This document shows positions 40,525 to 53,438 of a stretch of 64,000 bases of DNA, piece after piece. This DNA is from Octopus vulgaris. Lineage: Eukaryota. Location: positions 30,380,001 through 30,444,000 of the forward strand of contig OX597822.1 in NCBI GenBank assembly GCA_951406725.2, read 5' to 3'. Both the position numbers and the translations under genes were made by a program. The notes under the pieces are model-generated. The model did not search any database and was not told the origin of the DNA. It saw only the letters and a list, made by a program, of their open reading frames with translations. Position 1 is the stretch's first letter; every line of letters starts with the position of its first letter.

Positions 40525-40899
40525 ACGCCAAAAAGCTAACATATAACTTAGAGACAGAATAACACGTGTCTCATCATTATATATTAAAATCTTTCAAATT
40601 CACCGCGCAAGCGCGGTTTCAATCGGCAGCAAATGAAAAGTGTCGAATTAACTTCCGAAATTTCTAAAATCATATTCATAACTTCATACAGGATAGCAAA
40701 ATTTTAGAAATTTCACTACCAGTGGCCTAGCATGTATGAAAATAGACAACATATTTTCCATTTAAAATTAACGTACATTTAAACACAAAAGAGGCGACCC
40801 TTAACAGGCAGCTTTACATGCTAGAAGGAGCAGGTAGGCCACTGGTAGTGAAATTTCTAAAATTTTACTATCCTATATAAATTTATGAATATAATTTTA

Positions 40900-41280
<381 letters not shown>

Positions 41281-41383
41281 CAAGGTATTTGTTTTAAATA
41301 TCAGTTGTTTATTTTGCATAATTTATTTGCTATTTGTTGATTGGCAATATTGGTTAATACTTTTGTTCTTGTTTAAACTAAAG

Positions 41384-41636
41384 GTACTTATTCTGGTGTG
41401 ACTGGGGTGCAAATCCTAAAATCGAAGTGTCAGATCTGATTGGCAACAACCGGCGTACTATTGTCAATTATAACATGCGAAGGCCACGTGGATTAGTCAT
41501 TGATGCTAAAGAAAGCAAGATCTACTGGGTTGACGATGGCCAAGATACAATTGAATGTATTCAATTCAACGGACGTGCGAGACGAATCATTGTAAAAGAT
41601 CCCCAAGCGGATTTCTATGGAATAGCTTTGTACAAG
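41384..41636 (+). CDS. LRP-like protein, visible exon 2
   Basis: aAG acceptor, GTAAGT donor; YLFWCDWGANPKIE..RRPRGLVID..KIYWVD..FYGIALYK; phase 2 in, phase 0 out. Confidence 0.95.
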
Positions 41637-41687
41637 GTAAGTCTTATGCCATGGTTTCCTCTTTATTGTAACAGAATAACTGAAGAC

Positions 41688-41915
41688 AGCGAGCTGGCAG
41701 AAACGTTAGCACGACGGGCGAAATGCTTAGTGGTATTTCGTCTGCCGATACGTTCTGAGTTCAAATTCCGCCGAGGTCGACTTTGCCTTTCATCCTTTCG
41801 GGGTCGATTAAATAAGTACCAGTTACGCACTGGGGTCGATATAATCGACTTCATCCGTTTTTCTGTCCTTGTTTGTTCCTTCTGTTTAGTCCCTTGTGGG
41901 TAGTAAAGAAATAGG
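41688..41915 (+). mobile_element. SINE type C (Meta-domain-like)
   Basis: GCGAGCTGGCAGAAACGTTAGC..GTTCAAATTCCGCCGAGGTCGACTTTGCCTTTCATCCTTTCGGGGTCGA..AAGTACCAG. Confidence 0.9.
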
Positions 41916-42967
41916 TAACAGAACAAGGAAATTATTTCGCTTTTAAGCGATTATATGTATGAAATGAATACGAAACAAAACTTAATCAACAATTGCTTGT
42001 ATAATTACAAGGTTTGTGGAGAGAGAGAGAGAGAGAGAGAGGGGAGGGAGATGAGATTGTGGTATGTTGATACTTTTTGATTCCGTTTTTATGAGTATTA
42101 ACGGAATATTTGTACGGAATATTAGGTTCAGCTTGATATCAAAGTTTTATAAATATCTCGGCTCACGGTATAGCTAATCGTATTCTATTCTACGGTGTTC
42201 ACCAATATATACATTATAATATATATTTACTGTAAGTTGCCCTCATGAACATTTGTACTCCTATTCAAGTATCGGCAACACTAAACTCCCTCGTGAGTCG
42301 CTATTTAATCTGAAATCTATAGTAATATCTGGAATCTACAGTACGAGTCGCGTTTCTCGGTGCAGACTCTGTTGATGTCAGACACTGAATTAAAATTCTA
42401 TACTTCTAATTTCTTCGTGAAAGTCATCGATAGAAGTCAACAAGTGGACTCAACAAAGCTTTTATTGTCGTCGCATCAACGATGCAAGATGTAGCAAGCA
42501 AACACCCTCTGGTTACAACGAAAATACATGATATAACTGTTTATGCCTGTCTGACGGCGCTGCATCTTAATTTTAAGAGAACATTCAGTACCAAACCTTT
42601 CAGATAAAGGAAAAACTGATTATTATATATGTGATATATCTGTAACTCGCACAACTTCCTGATTTAACGTCAAGAACAACTTTGACGACAGAACCGATCA
42701 GGATATCGTTAAAATATCGACATTCTTCAGAGTCTGTTTCCTCTGAACTTGAGAATATTGCATGGGAAGAAAATGACGATGATGGATCGCAGGATTATAT
42801 CACTCAAATTGGTACGAATCAACCGAACTTAGCAGAAAATAAAAGAAATTAGGTAAGAAGTCGAGTATGAATAAGTTTGAAAGTAAATAGCTTCAAATCT
42901 ATTCTTGGTTTACTTAGGACATTAACAAATATCATGTTTCGTTATTTGCTTTGAAAAGACATTAAGC

Positions 42968-43530
<563 letters not shown>

Positions 43531-44345
43531 TTGTGTTCATATAGTTTTAGTAACAAGTATGAAAACGTATTCTCTGCCTGCCATTTATGTTCATTGTTAT
43601 GGAAACTCCCTAAATTTGGTTAAGATACAATAACAAATATCGAACTACTCCACAACACCTTCGGGCCTATTCAGAGCGGTTAATCTGCCCCAAACGACGT
43701 GCCTTCTTTAAGAGCATCAAGGTGGATGAACAACACAAAGGCTGTGGTAAAATAATTATCTCAAACAGCAGAGAAATATTTTGATTTATAAATTTGAACA
43801 CACCAAACCATATATGTGCAGCAGTGCATCATTGAATGCCACGTGCAATTTCAAATATGCTATTCGATTGGCTATACTCAAAATAATACAACCAATCACA
43901 AACAAGCTCAACAAATACCTCTAGGTGAATACTGTGTATGTTATAAAACAACTAGATAATCAGTTACAGCAACCACAGAAATTTACACTGACTTCTGAAA
44001 TAAAGGATACTTTGAAAGTGTTCGGAGATGCGCTGACAAAGGTGAAATTACCGAAGAAATCATCGAAGGAACACGATTTTCATTCAATGATGGAAGAGAT
44101 TAATATGGTTTATTTAGATTGTGGTAAATATAATTTTAATTATACTGAATAATGTGTTCAACAGTCTGAAGTCTCTGAAGATTTTCTGTCTGAGATATTG
44201 TAGGTAGGGTCCCAGATACGCTGCAATAGTGTTCTGGTCTTGAAATGCAATGGGTGGAAGATCGATTATTTTCAATTATATAAAAATCACTGAACAGATT
44301 CATAGCATAATGGGAATGTTAGGGGAAGGCTTCATCTTTATCATA

Positions 44346-45245
44346 CGAGGTCTGATCAATAAGTATCAAGACTGTTGCCATAGTAATGAAGCTGAAGCAT
44401 GCAGAGTAAAGCCGCTTGGCAAAGATTGCTTTGAACACTGCTGTGCATGTGCACGAAGTTTTGAGGTTCTAGCTCAATTCTCCTGTTTACAGCAGTGCTT
44501 GGAAGGTAGGTGTGTAGCGTGTGATCGTCGCATTGACTACGACAGAGAAAGTTGTTATGGCGATAGCTACTCAGAGACCTACACAAAGTTGCAGAAAGTG
44601 TATGGAGAGGAGTGTATGAGCCGCACACAAGTATATGAGTAGTTCAGACGTTTACCAAGATGGCCGAAAAAATGTCGATATTGACGAAAATTATGGGAGA
44701 GCCAGGACCAGCAGAACTGAGAAAAACATCGCAGATATGCAGGCAGTTGAGAGAGGAAATCGTCGAATCACCATGTGTGAGTTATCGGAGGATATGAAGA
44801 TTAGTTACGGTTCAGTTCAGTCCATTCCATTATCACTGAAGATTTGAGTATGAGACGCGTGACTGCCGAGTTTGTGCCAAAACAGCTTTCAGCTGACCAA
44901 AAAGACACTCGGGCTGCAGTTGTACAAGATGTCCTTGATTGTGTCGACAACGATGAAAATCTTTTGAAAACTTTGCGTAGGCCTCTGAGCAGGTATCGCT
45001 AAGCTTTTGGCTAAATTTGATGCAGGTTCTCAGCTCAACCTCCTCTGTCACTGTCAATGCGACGATCACACGCTTCACACATTCCTTTCAAGCACTACTG
45101 AAAACAGTGGAAGCGAGCTAGAACGTTAAAACTTAGTGCACACGTACAACAGAGTACAAGGTCAATCCGTGCCAAGCCCCGTCACTTTGCGTGCCTTAGT
45201 GTCGTTACAATGATAACAGTCCGGATACTTATTGATCATACAACG
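44346..45245 (+). mobile_element. Non-autonomous mariner-like element
   Basis: TA-flanked TIRs of about 29 bp (CGAGGTCTGATCAATAAGTATCAAGACTG / CAGTCCGGATACTTATTGATCATACAACG); decayed transposase N-terminus SETYTKLQKVYGEECMSRTQVYE..GRARTSRT..RRIT..FVPKQLS. Confidence 0.92.
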
Positions 45246-45749
45246 TATATTTTCGCTTGTCATTATCGTTGGATAAAAAAGCAGTCGTAACGTACCTAAT
45301 ATGATGAACTCGGTAATTTTCACGAATAAAGACTGTATCCATATGGAGAAGAGGTAAACATTATTGAACAATGCTTATATCAAACAGGCAGTAACACAGA
45401 ATTCTGAAATAGGCATTCGAGTCCCAATCAATATTGCACCTCGCCGATTGTTGATACTTATCTGTAAATCAGCAGCAGAATTTCTATCGCTTCATAGTAT
45501 GGGTGGAACAATGTTGTTACAAAGTAAATGTAATATGCTTTTGTCGAATATAAATAAATTTCTTTATAGATAGTCTAACTGAGTGAGCAGAAATGAGGAA
45601 TGTGTAGGTAGAAAGAAATAGTAAAACGAGAGGTTCTTAGGCTGAAAGTAGGGCGTTGCTTTCTAAGTTGGAAGATTTCCTTAACACTAGAATGCAGGAC
45701 TTTATAGATGGCGATATAAGCAGGGAGTATAAAACTTGACAGTGACAGT

Positions 45750-45846
45750 GACTTGACAGTGTCGCATTGACAGTGACAGTGGACTTGACAGTGTCGCATT
45801 GACAGTGACAGTGGACTTGACAGTGTCGCATTGACTGTGACAGTGG
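45750..45846. repeat. Tandem repeat, 32-bp unit x3
   Basis: GACTTGACAGTGTCGCATTGACAGTGACAGTG starting at 45750, 45782 and 45814. Confidence 0.95.
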
Positions 45847-46021
45847 AAATGATGTGCTACGACCTTCGGGTTTCCTAGACAACGAAAAAATGCTTCAGCA
45901 ACGATCGCCCAAAACATGTAGAAGCTAGTAGTAGCATGAGCCCTTGATTTTTTGTGTAGAAATCTTTAAAATATTCATCATGTATCAATAATAAAGTAAT
46001 TCCTCAATAGGCAATAGTATC

Positions 46022-46437
46022 TCTTTTACTCTTTTACTCTTTTACTTGTTTCAGTCATTTGACTGCGGCCATGCTGGAGCACCGCCTTTAGTCGAGCAAC
46101 TCGACCCCGGGACTTATTCTTTGTAAGCCCACTACTTATTCTATCGGTCTCTTTTGCCGAACCGCTAAGTGACGGGGACGTAAACACACCAGCATCGGTT
46201 TTCAAGCAATGATAGGGGGACAAACATAGACACACAAACACATACACACACACATATATATAAACATATATACGACGGGCTTCGTTCAGTTTCCGTCTAC
46301 CAAATCCACTCACAAGGCATTGGTCGGCCCGGGGCTATAGTAGAAGACACTTGCCCAAGGTGCCACGCAGTGGGACCGAACCCGGAACCATGTGGTTGGT
46401 TAGCAAGCTACTTACCTCACAGCCACTCCTGCGCCTA
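46022..46437 (-). mobile_element. SINE type B, full length
   Basis: Reverse complement of 30776-31190. Confidence 0.93.
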
Positions 46438-47199
46438 TAAAACGGTTATCATAAATATTTGACCTTCTTGACAGAGCTGCATAAAATCTGATCATGGTTT
46501 TAAGTTCTAACTTACACTTCTTCGAATAAGCATTGTTTTATTCGTAGCTACCCATTTACATGGTGAGGAATGATAAGCTTTGACATGAATTAATTCTTAA
46601 AATAATATAGTGTTTGTTAAGATATCTTGATTGGCACATTGAGCACGTTAACACACTTCTTAACTCACTGGAAACAGTTTAACTTGTCCGCTTTTTTGTT
46701 TATATTTTGAAGGTTAATAAGTATGCGTCGCCATGGAATTTACTTCGTTCCATTATCTTTGCTTTGGCCATGGTAAGACGCGAGTAAAAAATGTCAAATG
46801 AGCATCGTTCAATAATTTATCACATGTAGACGTAAGGTTGATATGTTGTAAAAAAAACAAAAAACATTGGGTTATTTCAGCTAAATAATAAGATTCTATA
46901 ATTTAGAGAAATGGGGATTGTGAAGATGTATTGTTCATAATTTCCTTCTGAAATTGGAATCCTTAGTAAAACAGAAAAAATGGCTACAACTAAGATTCGG
47001 TATTTAAACTCGGCCAAAATTTATATTTTTTCTTGAAGATGTTATCGATTTTCAAACACCAACGACTAAAATTCTCGATTTAGGAAACCAAACTTGATAT
47101 TATGAATGGATTTACACTTGAATGAACTATATTAAATATTGTTTTTCAGAAACCGATTTTATAAAAGACAAATCTAATGAATTATGGGTTGATTTTCAG

Positions 47200-47350
47200 A
47201 ATATATTATTTGTAACAGAACAGAGCCTTTCCGAAGGTCATTTAAATGTATACAGCAAGCTAAATGGCAAACTTATTATCAGCTACACACTGAGTCATAT
47301 ACCTTACGGGATTATTATGTACGATGAAACGACGCAGCCTGGCAATTCTG
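47200..47350 (+). CDS. LRP-like protein, visible exon 3 (last blade of propeller 1)
   Basis: ttttcAG acceptor, GTGAGT donor; NILFVTEQ..PYGIIMYDETTQP; phase 0 in, phase 1 out. Confidence 0.9.
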
Positions 47351-49192
47351 GTGAGTAGTCTATCAATTTCTGGTGTTAATTTTACTCACTGAGATCTCAT
47401 ATAAGAAAATATATTTGTATAACGATCGTGAAAAGGTTTTTTAAAAGTCCGCTAAAATTTTTTTTATAAGTGATCCTGTCATTTAGCTGTAGATAATGTT
47501 GTATGATTACAAAGTTCTCTGAATTTAGCAGATATATAACACGCTAATTGATAAGTATTTTAACTACGCTAAATAATGTATTCATCAGTCAGATAGCATA
47601 AGCCTGCATATTAATTCATACAAGTTTGAGAAATTGTAGTAGTGTTCCATATAGAATGCAATAGCATTTTGGTCTTGAATTCTATTGAGGAGTAGATCGA
47701 TTATTTTCTGGTATACTAGATTACTGAAAAGATTCATAACGTAATATGAATGTTGGAAAAAAGGTTCCAACTTCATCATATATATCCGCTTGTCATTATT
47801 GTTAGATTGAAAAGCAATCGTAACATTTCTAATATGACAAACGAACCCGGTAACTTTCCGTAATTAAGACTATATTCATGTAGAGAAGAGGTAAACACTG
47901 TTGAACAATGTTTATGTCAACCAAGTGAAAGCACGAGATTCTGAAAGAGGACAACAGAGTCCCAATTAACTAAAATTGAAAATGAGCAATATGTTAAAGG
48001 GTAGAATAATTGGATCGTTGACAGACGACACAGTCACAACTCCGACGTGGTATTTAAGAATCTGCATATTTTGACGAAGTTGGACAATTTGGAATTGTTT
48101 TCTTTGATGATGTCTACATTAATTCTGAATATAGATTTGTCAATATGAAATAGATGAAAACATTGTAAATCTCAATAAAACATAGAAATTGATATTTTTG
48201 TTTATAACATTAATGGTACCACAGCATTGATTAAGAGAATAAAATTGCCGGGTAACTTTATAAGAACATAGCATCTCATTCCATTGTACTTAAAAAACTA
48301 AGAATTATTATGATGTAGAAAAGCGTGGCCTAGTTGACAGGAGGAGTGTCTCATGCACAAAAGTCATGGGTTCAAATCCAAGAGCGGTCAACGCGTTTGT
48401 TACTTGATGAAGGCAATTCTGTTTACCTTGCTTCAGCCTGTTCACTTCTAATGTTAGGTTGCTAGTTCATACTCTTATCTGGCTCTCTATAGCTGCCACA
48501 TCCTTGATGCTTTGCTGATTCGAAAGGGAGCCTATTTCGACTCGCAAGTGAATAGGCTCCTGAAGGATTAATGAAAGCATTCTACATACTCGCAAGTGAC
48601 AGCTTGCTGTACAATACTCAGTATATTGTTAAACTACTTGGAAAATATGTTGGAAAACAGCAATGAAGATTTATCTAAAATTCCTTAATACTTCTAGCAC
48701 GGTATCGACGACATGTTCTTGTAATCGCTCTTATATGTATTTTACAAGTGGGGGTCACCATTTGCCAACATTCATACGTTTAGTGCAAGAAAACACTTTT
48801 GATATTACTATAACTATCCTATTAGAGGTCGTGGATTGGGGAAATCGTTAGTGTCGAACAAAATGCCTTGCGGTATTTGTACTGGGTCTTTACATTCTGT
48901 GTTTCAAAACCCACCGAGGTCAGCTTTGCCTTTTACTCTTTCAGGTTCAATAAAATAAAATAATGAAGTATTGTGAACGTCATAATCGTATGTTTCCTTC
49001 CTTCTAAACTTCCGGCTTTCGTCCATTTTAGAAAGATTTCTTATATATATGTCCCTTATAACCTCAGCAGAAAACCAATTTTTAAAATTTATATAACCCT
49101 TCTACACTGTTTTTATCAGTGTTATCGTCTTTAATTCATTCATTGCATTGTTTCAGTTAATACGTTTAAACAAATGTATGTTATTTCTGTAG

Positions 49193-49309
49193 AAATATGT
49201 GATGCTCTCGAATGTGAACATTTTTGTGTCCACAATCCAATCATGGGTCCTGCCTGCCACTGTAGTGAAGGATACAAGTTAAATATCACGGACCATCGGA
49301 CATGTAAAG
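49193..49309 (+). CDS. LRP-like protein, visible exon 4 (EGF-like domain)
   Basis: ICDALECEHFCVHNPIMGPACHCSEGYKLNITDHRTCK (6 Cys); AG/GTGAGA; phase 1-1. Confidence 0.95.
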
Positions 49310-49602
49310 GTGAGAACATCACCCTATCTGACTCATTTGCATGTTTATAACATAAAGTATTCGGAATAAATGAAAAATATTTAAACTCTTTTATATACAT
49401 TTTGAAACTTTGCTCTCATTCTTTTTAACACCGCCCTTAAACATCTGCCTGGAAGTTTGATTAAAGGTTTTCTAGTCGATACCATCTCGCTTGTTCTTTT
49501 TGAGACATAAACTATCTACCTGCACTATTCGTTGCATTCGTTGTGATTTGAGATTGACTGCTATTTACAGCATGTCTAGAGATGATGTAAAAGGGTCCTT
49601 TG

Positions 49603-49990
49603 TTACTCTTTTACTCTTTTACTTGTTTCAGTCATTTGAATGTGTCCATGTTGGAGCACCGCCTTTAGTCGAGCAAATCGACCCCAGCAGCATTTATTCT
49701 TTATAAGCCTAGTACTTATTCTATCTGTCTCTTTTGCCGAACCGCTAAGTTACGGGTACGTAAACACACCAGCATCGGTTGTCAAGTGATGGGGGTTCAA
49801 ACACAGATACACAAACATGTACATACACCTACATATATATATATATACATACATCTATACGACGGGCTTTTTCAATTAAGGCTAGGGTCGGCCTGAGGGT
49901 ATAGTAGAAGACACTTGCCCAAGGTGCCACGCAGTGGGACTGAACCCGGAACCAGGTAGTTGGTAAGCAAGCTACTTACCACACAGCAAC
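49603..49990 (-). mobile_element. SINE type B
   Basis: Family head and tail on the minus strand. Confidence 0.88.
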
Positions 49991-50374
49991 TTACTAATTG
50001 CATGTGTTCTGACTTCCGATTTTATTCATTTAAACGTCTACTTTTATTTCATTAATTGTTTTTTGTCCTAAGTTTATTCCTCTACATTCATGCAAATTGA
50101 TTCGACTGAGAAGCCACTGCAGGCAATGCATCACTGCATCTTGCATAGTGGATAGATCAACGTTAGCTTCTTTCCGGAGATCTTGTTTCCTACCATGTGA
50201 TAGAATGATTAGTGTTATTTCTTTCGGCTTTCTGCGCAGTGTACTAAAATCCTGCTGATGTCAACTTAGCCATTTCATACTCTGGAGAACGATAAAGTAA
50301 ATACAGCAAGCATCTTGACTGACAGGGAGATGTTGTGACCTGGCTAACGCCGGTGAGCTTATTTTGTTATCGCG

Positions 50375-50670
50375 AAGGCGCATGGGTTAGTGGTTAGGGT
50401 ATTTGGCTCTCGATCGCGAGGTCGTGAATTCGATTCCCAGCGGTGCCTTGTGTCCTTGAGCAAGACACTTTATTTCATGTTGCTCCAGTCCAGTCAACTG
50501 GCAAAAATGAGTTGTACCTGTATTTCAAAGGGCCAGCTTTGTCACATTCTGTGTCACACTGAATCTTTCCGAGAACTATACATGTTTGCAGAGTGCTCAG
50601 CCGCTTGTTCGTTAATTTCACGAGCAGGCTATTCCCTTGGTGAATCAACTGGGACCCTCATCGGGGTGCC
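50375..50670 (+). mobile_element. Diverged SINE related to type A
   Basis: GGCGCATGGGTTAGTGGTTAGGG..TTCGATTCCC..GTGTCCTTGAGCAAGACACTT..GTTAATTTCACGAGCAGGCT. Confidence 0.75.
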
Positions 50671-51355
50671 ATTCATAAAGTTATCTGATTCGTTAATTGT
50701 AGTATCTTGATAGCATCAATGAAAAGATAGAATTAAAATATGCCCTTGCACTAAAGTGTGGTAAACATTAGAATGGAAAGGAGGTGGCAAAACAGACACC
50801 CCTGCTCTCCCCGCTGGTGGATTATCGACTTGTATTTAAAGCGTACATGAAATTAAAACGAAAGAAAAATATGAACAGTACATAAAGAAACATGATTTAT
50901 GAATTCATAACCTTGCTGAATATAGTCTACAGTAATAACATTGCAGAAACGAATTTTAACACCAGTTTCTATAACGTGAGCAACCGAGCATGAAGTGAAG
51001 TGGAAACAGAATGCAGATGAAAACCTTCGGAAACTGTCGATAATTCAAATATATATAAGGGAAAAAACTCCGAAGAGACAAGGGAGACTACTTTATCCTT
51101 TTTATTTTTCCACCTTTTTTTCTTTCCCCTCATAATAATTGGTTTTAACATGGGATGGTTTAGCAGAAACTTTAGAACAAAATGAATTGTGCTAGAATTT
51201 CCCCGTTCTTTATGTTTTTAGTTCAAATCCACCTGACGACAGCATTGTATATTTCGTATTTTCAGATATACAGTTAACCAGTTGTTTGCACTTTGGAGGA
51301 AATCTCATAAACCAACAATATAAGATTAACATAAAAGAAAACAATGAAACTATTA

Positions 51356-51406
<51 letters not shown>

Positions 51407-51407
51407 G

Positions 51408-51620
51408 GTGGCGAGCTGGCACAATCGTTAGCACACCGGGCGAAATGCTTAGCGGCATTTCGTCTTTCTTTACGTTCTGAGTTCAAATTCCGCCGTGGTC
51501 GACTTTGCCTTTCATCCTTTCGGGTGTCGATAAGTTAAGTACCAGTTGCATACTGGGATCGATCTAATTGACTGCCCCCACTCCCCCAAAATTTCGGACC
51601 TTGTGCCTACACTAGAAAAG
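51408..51620 (+). mobile_element. SINE type C between (ATT)n tracts
   Basis: Type C head and core; (ATT)n on both sides. Confidence 0.88.
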
Positions 51621-51679
<59 letters not shown>

Positions 51680-51744
51680 CCTCATTATCATTATTATCAT
51701 TATTATTATTATTATTATTATCATTATTATTATCATCATTGCAG

Positions 51745-52020
51745 TTGATTCTCAATTCCCCCAGCCTTACCATGTGTATTCCATGGAGGAAGGAATATGT
51801 TCATTCCCACCGAACCTGGCTGATATCGATCTGGAAAACATGACGCTAAGTAAACAATGCTTTCTTTTGGACAACAAGGGATACCTGGCACTGGGGATGC
51901 ATGCTCGCCGAGACACCTTATATTTCTCAACCAACAATACAGACAAGTGGATCAATAGAGTCCGTATGGAGTATGGTGCTTCGTTTGAAGATCTAATCGG
52001 TGGTGTGGGCATTGTTAGAG
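51745..52020 (+). CDS. LRP-like protein, visible exon 5 (start of propeller 2)
   Basis: ttgcAG acceptor, GTAAAT donor; 276 nt open; LALGMHARRDTLYFS..INRVRM..GVGIVRG; phase 1-1. Confidence 0.9.
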
Positions 52021-52186
52021 GTAAATATGTTACACTTTTATTTATTTGGTGAAATAGCTTTAATCATGCAATTACAGTCCACGTTATGGTCAAAGTTTTG
52101 CTGCTCTCCACCACTCAGTCATAAACTTTTATTAATTTCTTAGGTACCTACAAACAAAATTATGGTATATGATAGTAACATGTTGT

Positions 52187-52585
52187 GGATCTTTTCGGTT
52201 TGAACGGCAGTTTTTTTTAGCGGTGTCATATGAAATTGTCACCCATAATTATGACCCTAGTATCGATCTATTGCATTTCAATCTGTTTTAGGGTTGGTTA
52301 GGGTTAGGGGTGGCGGGGAAGGGTATCTTTTTTTCTTCACAAATGTAAATAAACCCAATCTGTTTCTTAAACGAGGGACATATTCATACGGCACAGAATG
52401 TTTACCTCAATAGACGTCAGTAATTAGTTGAAATTGCAGAAATTGAAGACAAAAACAACAAATATCTTACAAACTATAGAATTTTCTCAATAAAGCCAAG
52501 GGAAAAAGATGTTTTATAAACACATTCTATCAGTATACGAAGTTTAAAATTTTTTTTAAAACTGCCGTTCAAACCAAAAAGATCC
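52187..52585. mobile_element. MITE with GG-terminal TIRs and an 8-bp TSD (Merlin-like signature)
   Basis: TIR GGATCTTTTCGGTTTGAACGGCAGTTT / AAACTGCCGTTCAAACCAAAAAGATCC; CATGTTGT at 52179-52186 and 52586-52593. Confidence 0.9.
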
Positions 52586-53099
52586 CATGTTGTTTCTCAT
52601 ATGCGAATGTGTGTATATAAAATTGAACTGAGGCAAAGTGAATTATTTTTAAATGTAAATCACAAGCAGCGTGAAATGAGATTGCAGTGAACTGGCCTCA
52701 AAATATGGCCCCCTTTCATTTACGCACATTACTGCATATTTGCATGTAAGACGAATGTCAGCTTAGGTGGTGAGCGATTCCATTTACTGCGAATCAAAAT
52801 CATAAGCAGTAAATACATACCTTGATACTGTGTGGACTAAGATCACCGTTGAAAGGCCCCTGATATTTAATTAAATGTTAACACTTGTGGTATGCAAACC
52901 ATTAGCTCATATTTTATGTAGCTTCTGTACTTGTTGAGTATATAAACATATTGGCTGCTTGTTTCTCTGAGATTGGTCAACTTTATTAGACACCTCTGAT
53001 GAGAATCCTAATATTCGAAAATCGATTAAAATTTTTAATCACCTCTACAACCTACAGAAATTTAGGTAAATTATCCCTGTTTATAAAACTTCTGTATAG

Positions 53100-53430
53100 G
53101 TGCCTTTCATTTTTCCAGGTCGATAAATTAAGTCCCAATTGAGCGGTGGGTTCGATGTAATCGACTTACCCTTTCTCCGAAGTTACTGGCCTTGTACCCA
53201 ACTTTGAAACCATCAAGAAGGCGGTGAGCTGGCAGAATAGGTAGCATATCAGACAAAATGCTTAGAAATATTCCATTCGTCCACACGTTCTGAGCTAAAA
53301 TTCCGCCAACGTCGACATTGCTTTTCGTGGTCGTTGAAATCAGTACCAGTTGGTCACTGGCGTTGATATAGTCGTCTTGCCCCTTCTCACCAAATTTTAG
53401 GCCGTGTGCCTATAGTAGAAAGGGCTATTA
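53100..53430 (+). mobile_element. Two diverged SINE type C pieces
   Basis: TGCCTTTCAT..GTCGATAAATTAAGT and GGTGAGCTGGCAGAAT..GTACCAGTT. Confidence 0.7.
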
Positions 53431-53438
53431 TTATTATT

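Noticed and set aside
43925-44152. 75-aa plus-strand ORF in an intron
   Set aside because: No recognisable domain and no compatible splice sites for the LRP-like gene
45750-45846. 32-bp direct repeats resembling a CRISPR array in unit length
   Set aside because: Head-to-tail with no unique spacers, no cas genes, eukaryotic context
47122-47199. Upstream extension of exon 3 using the AG at 47148-47149
   Set aside because: Wrong phase for the phase-0 donor at 41637; the AG at 47198-47199 keeps the frame
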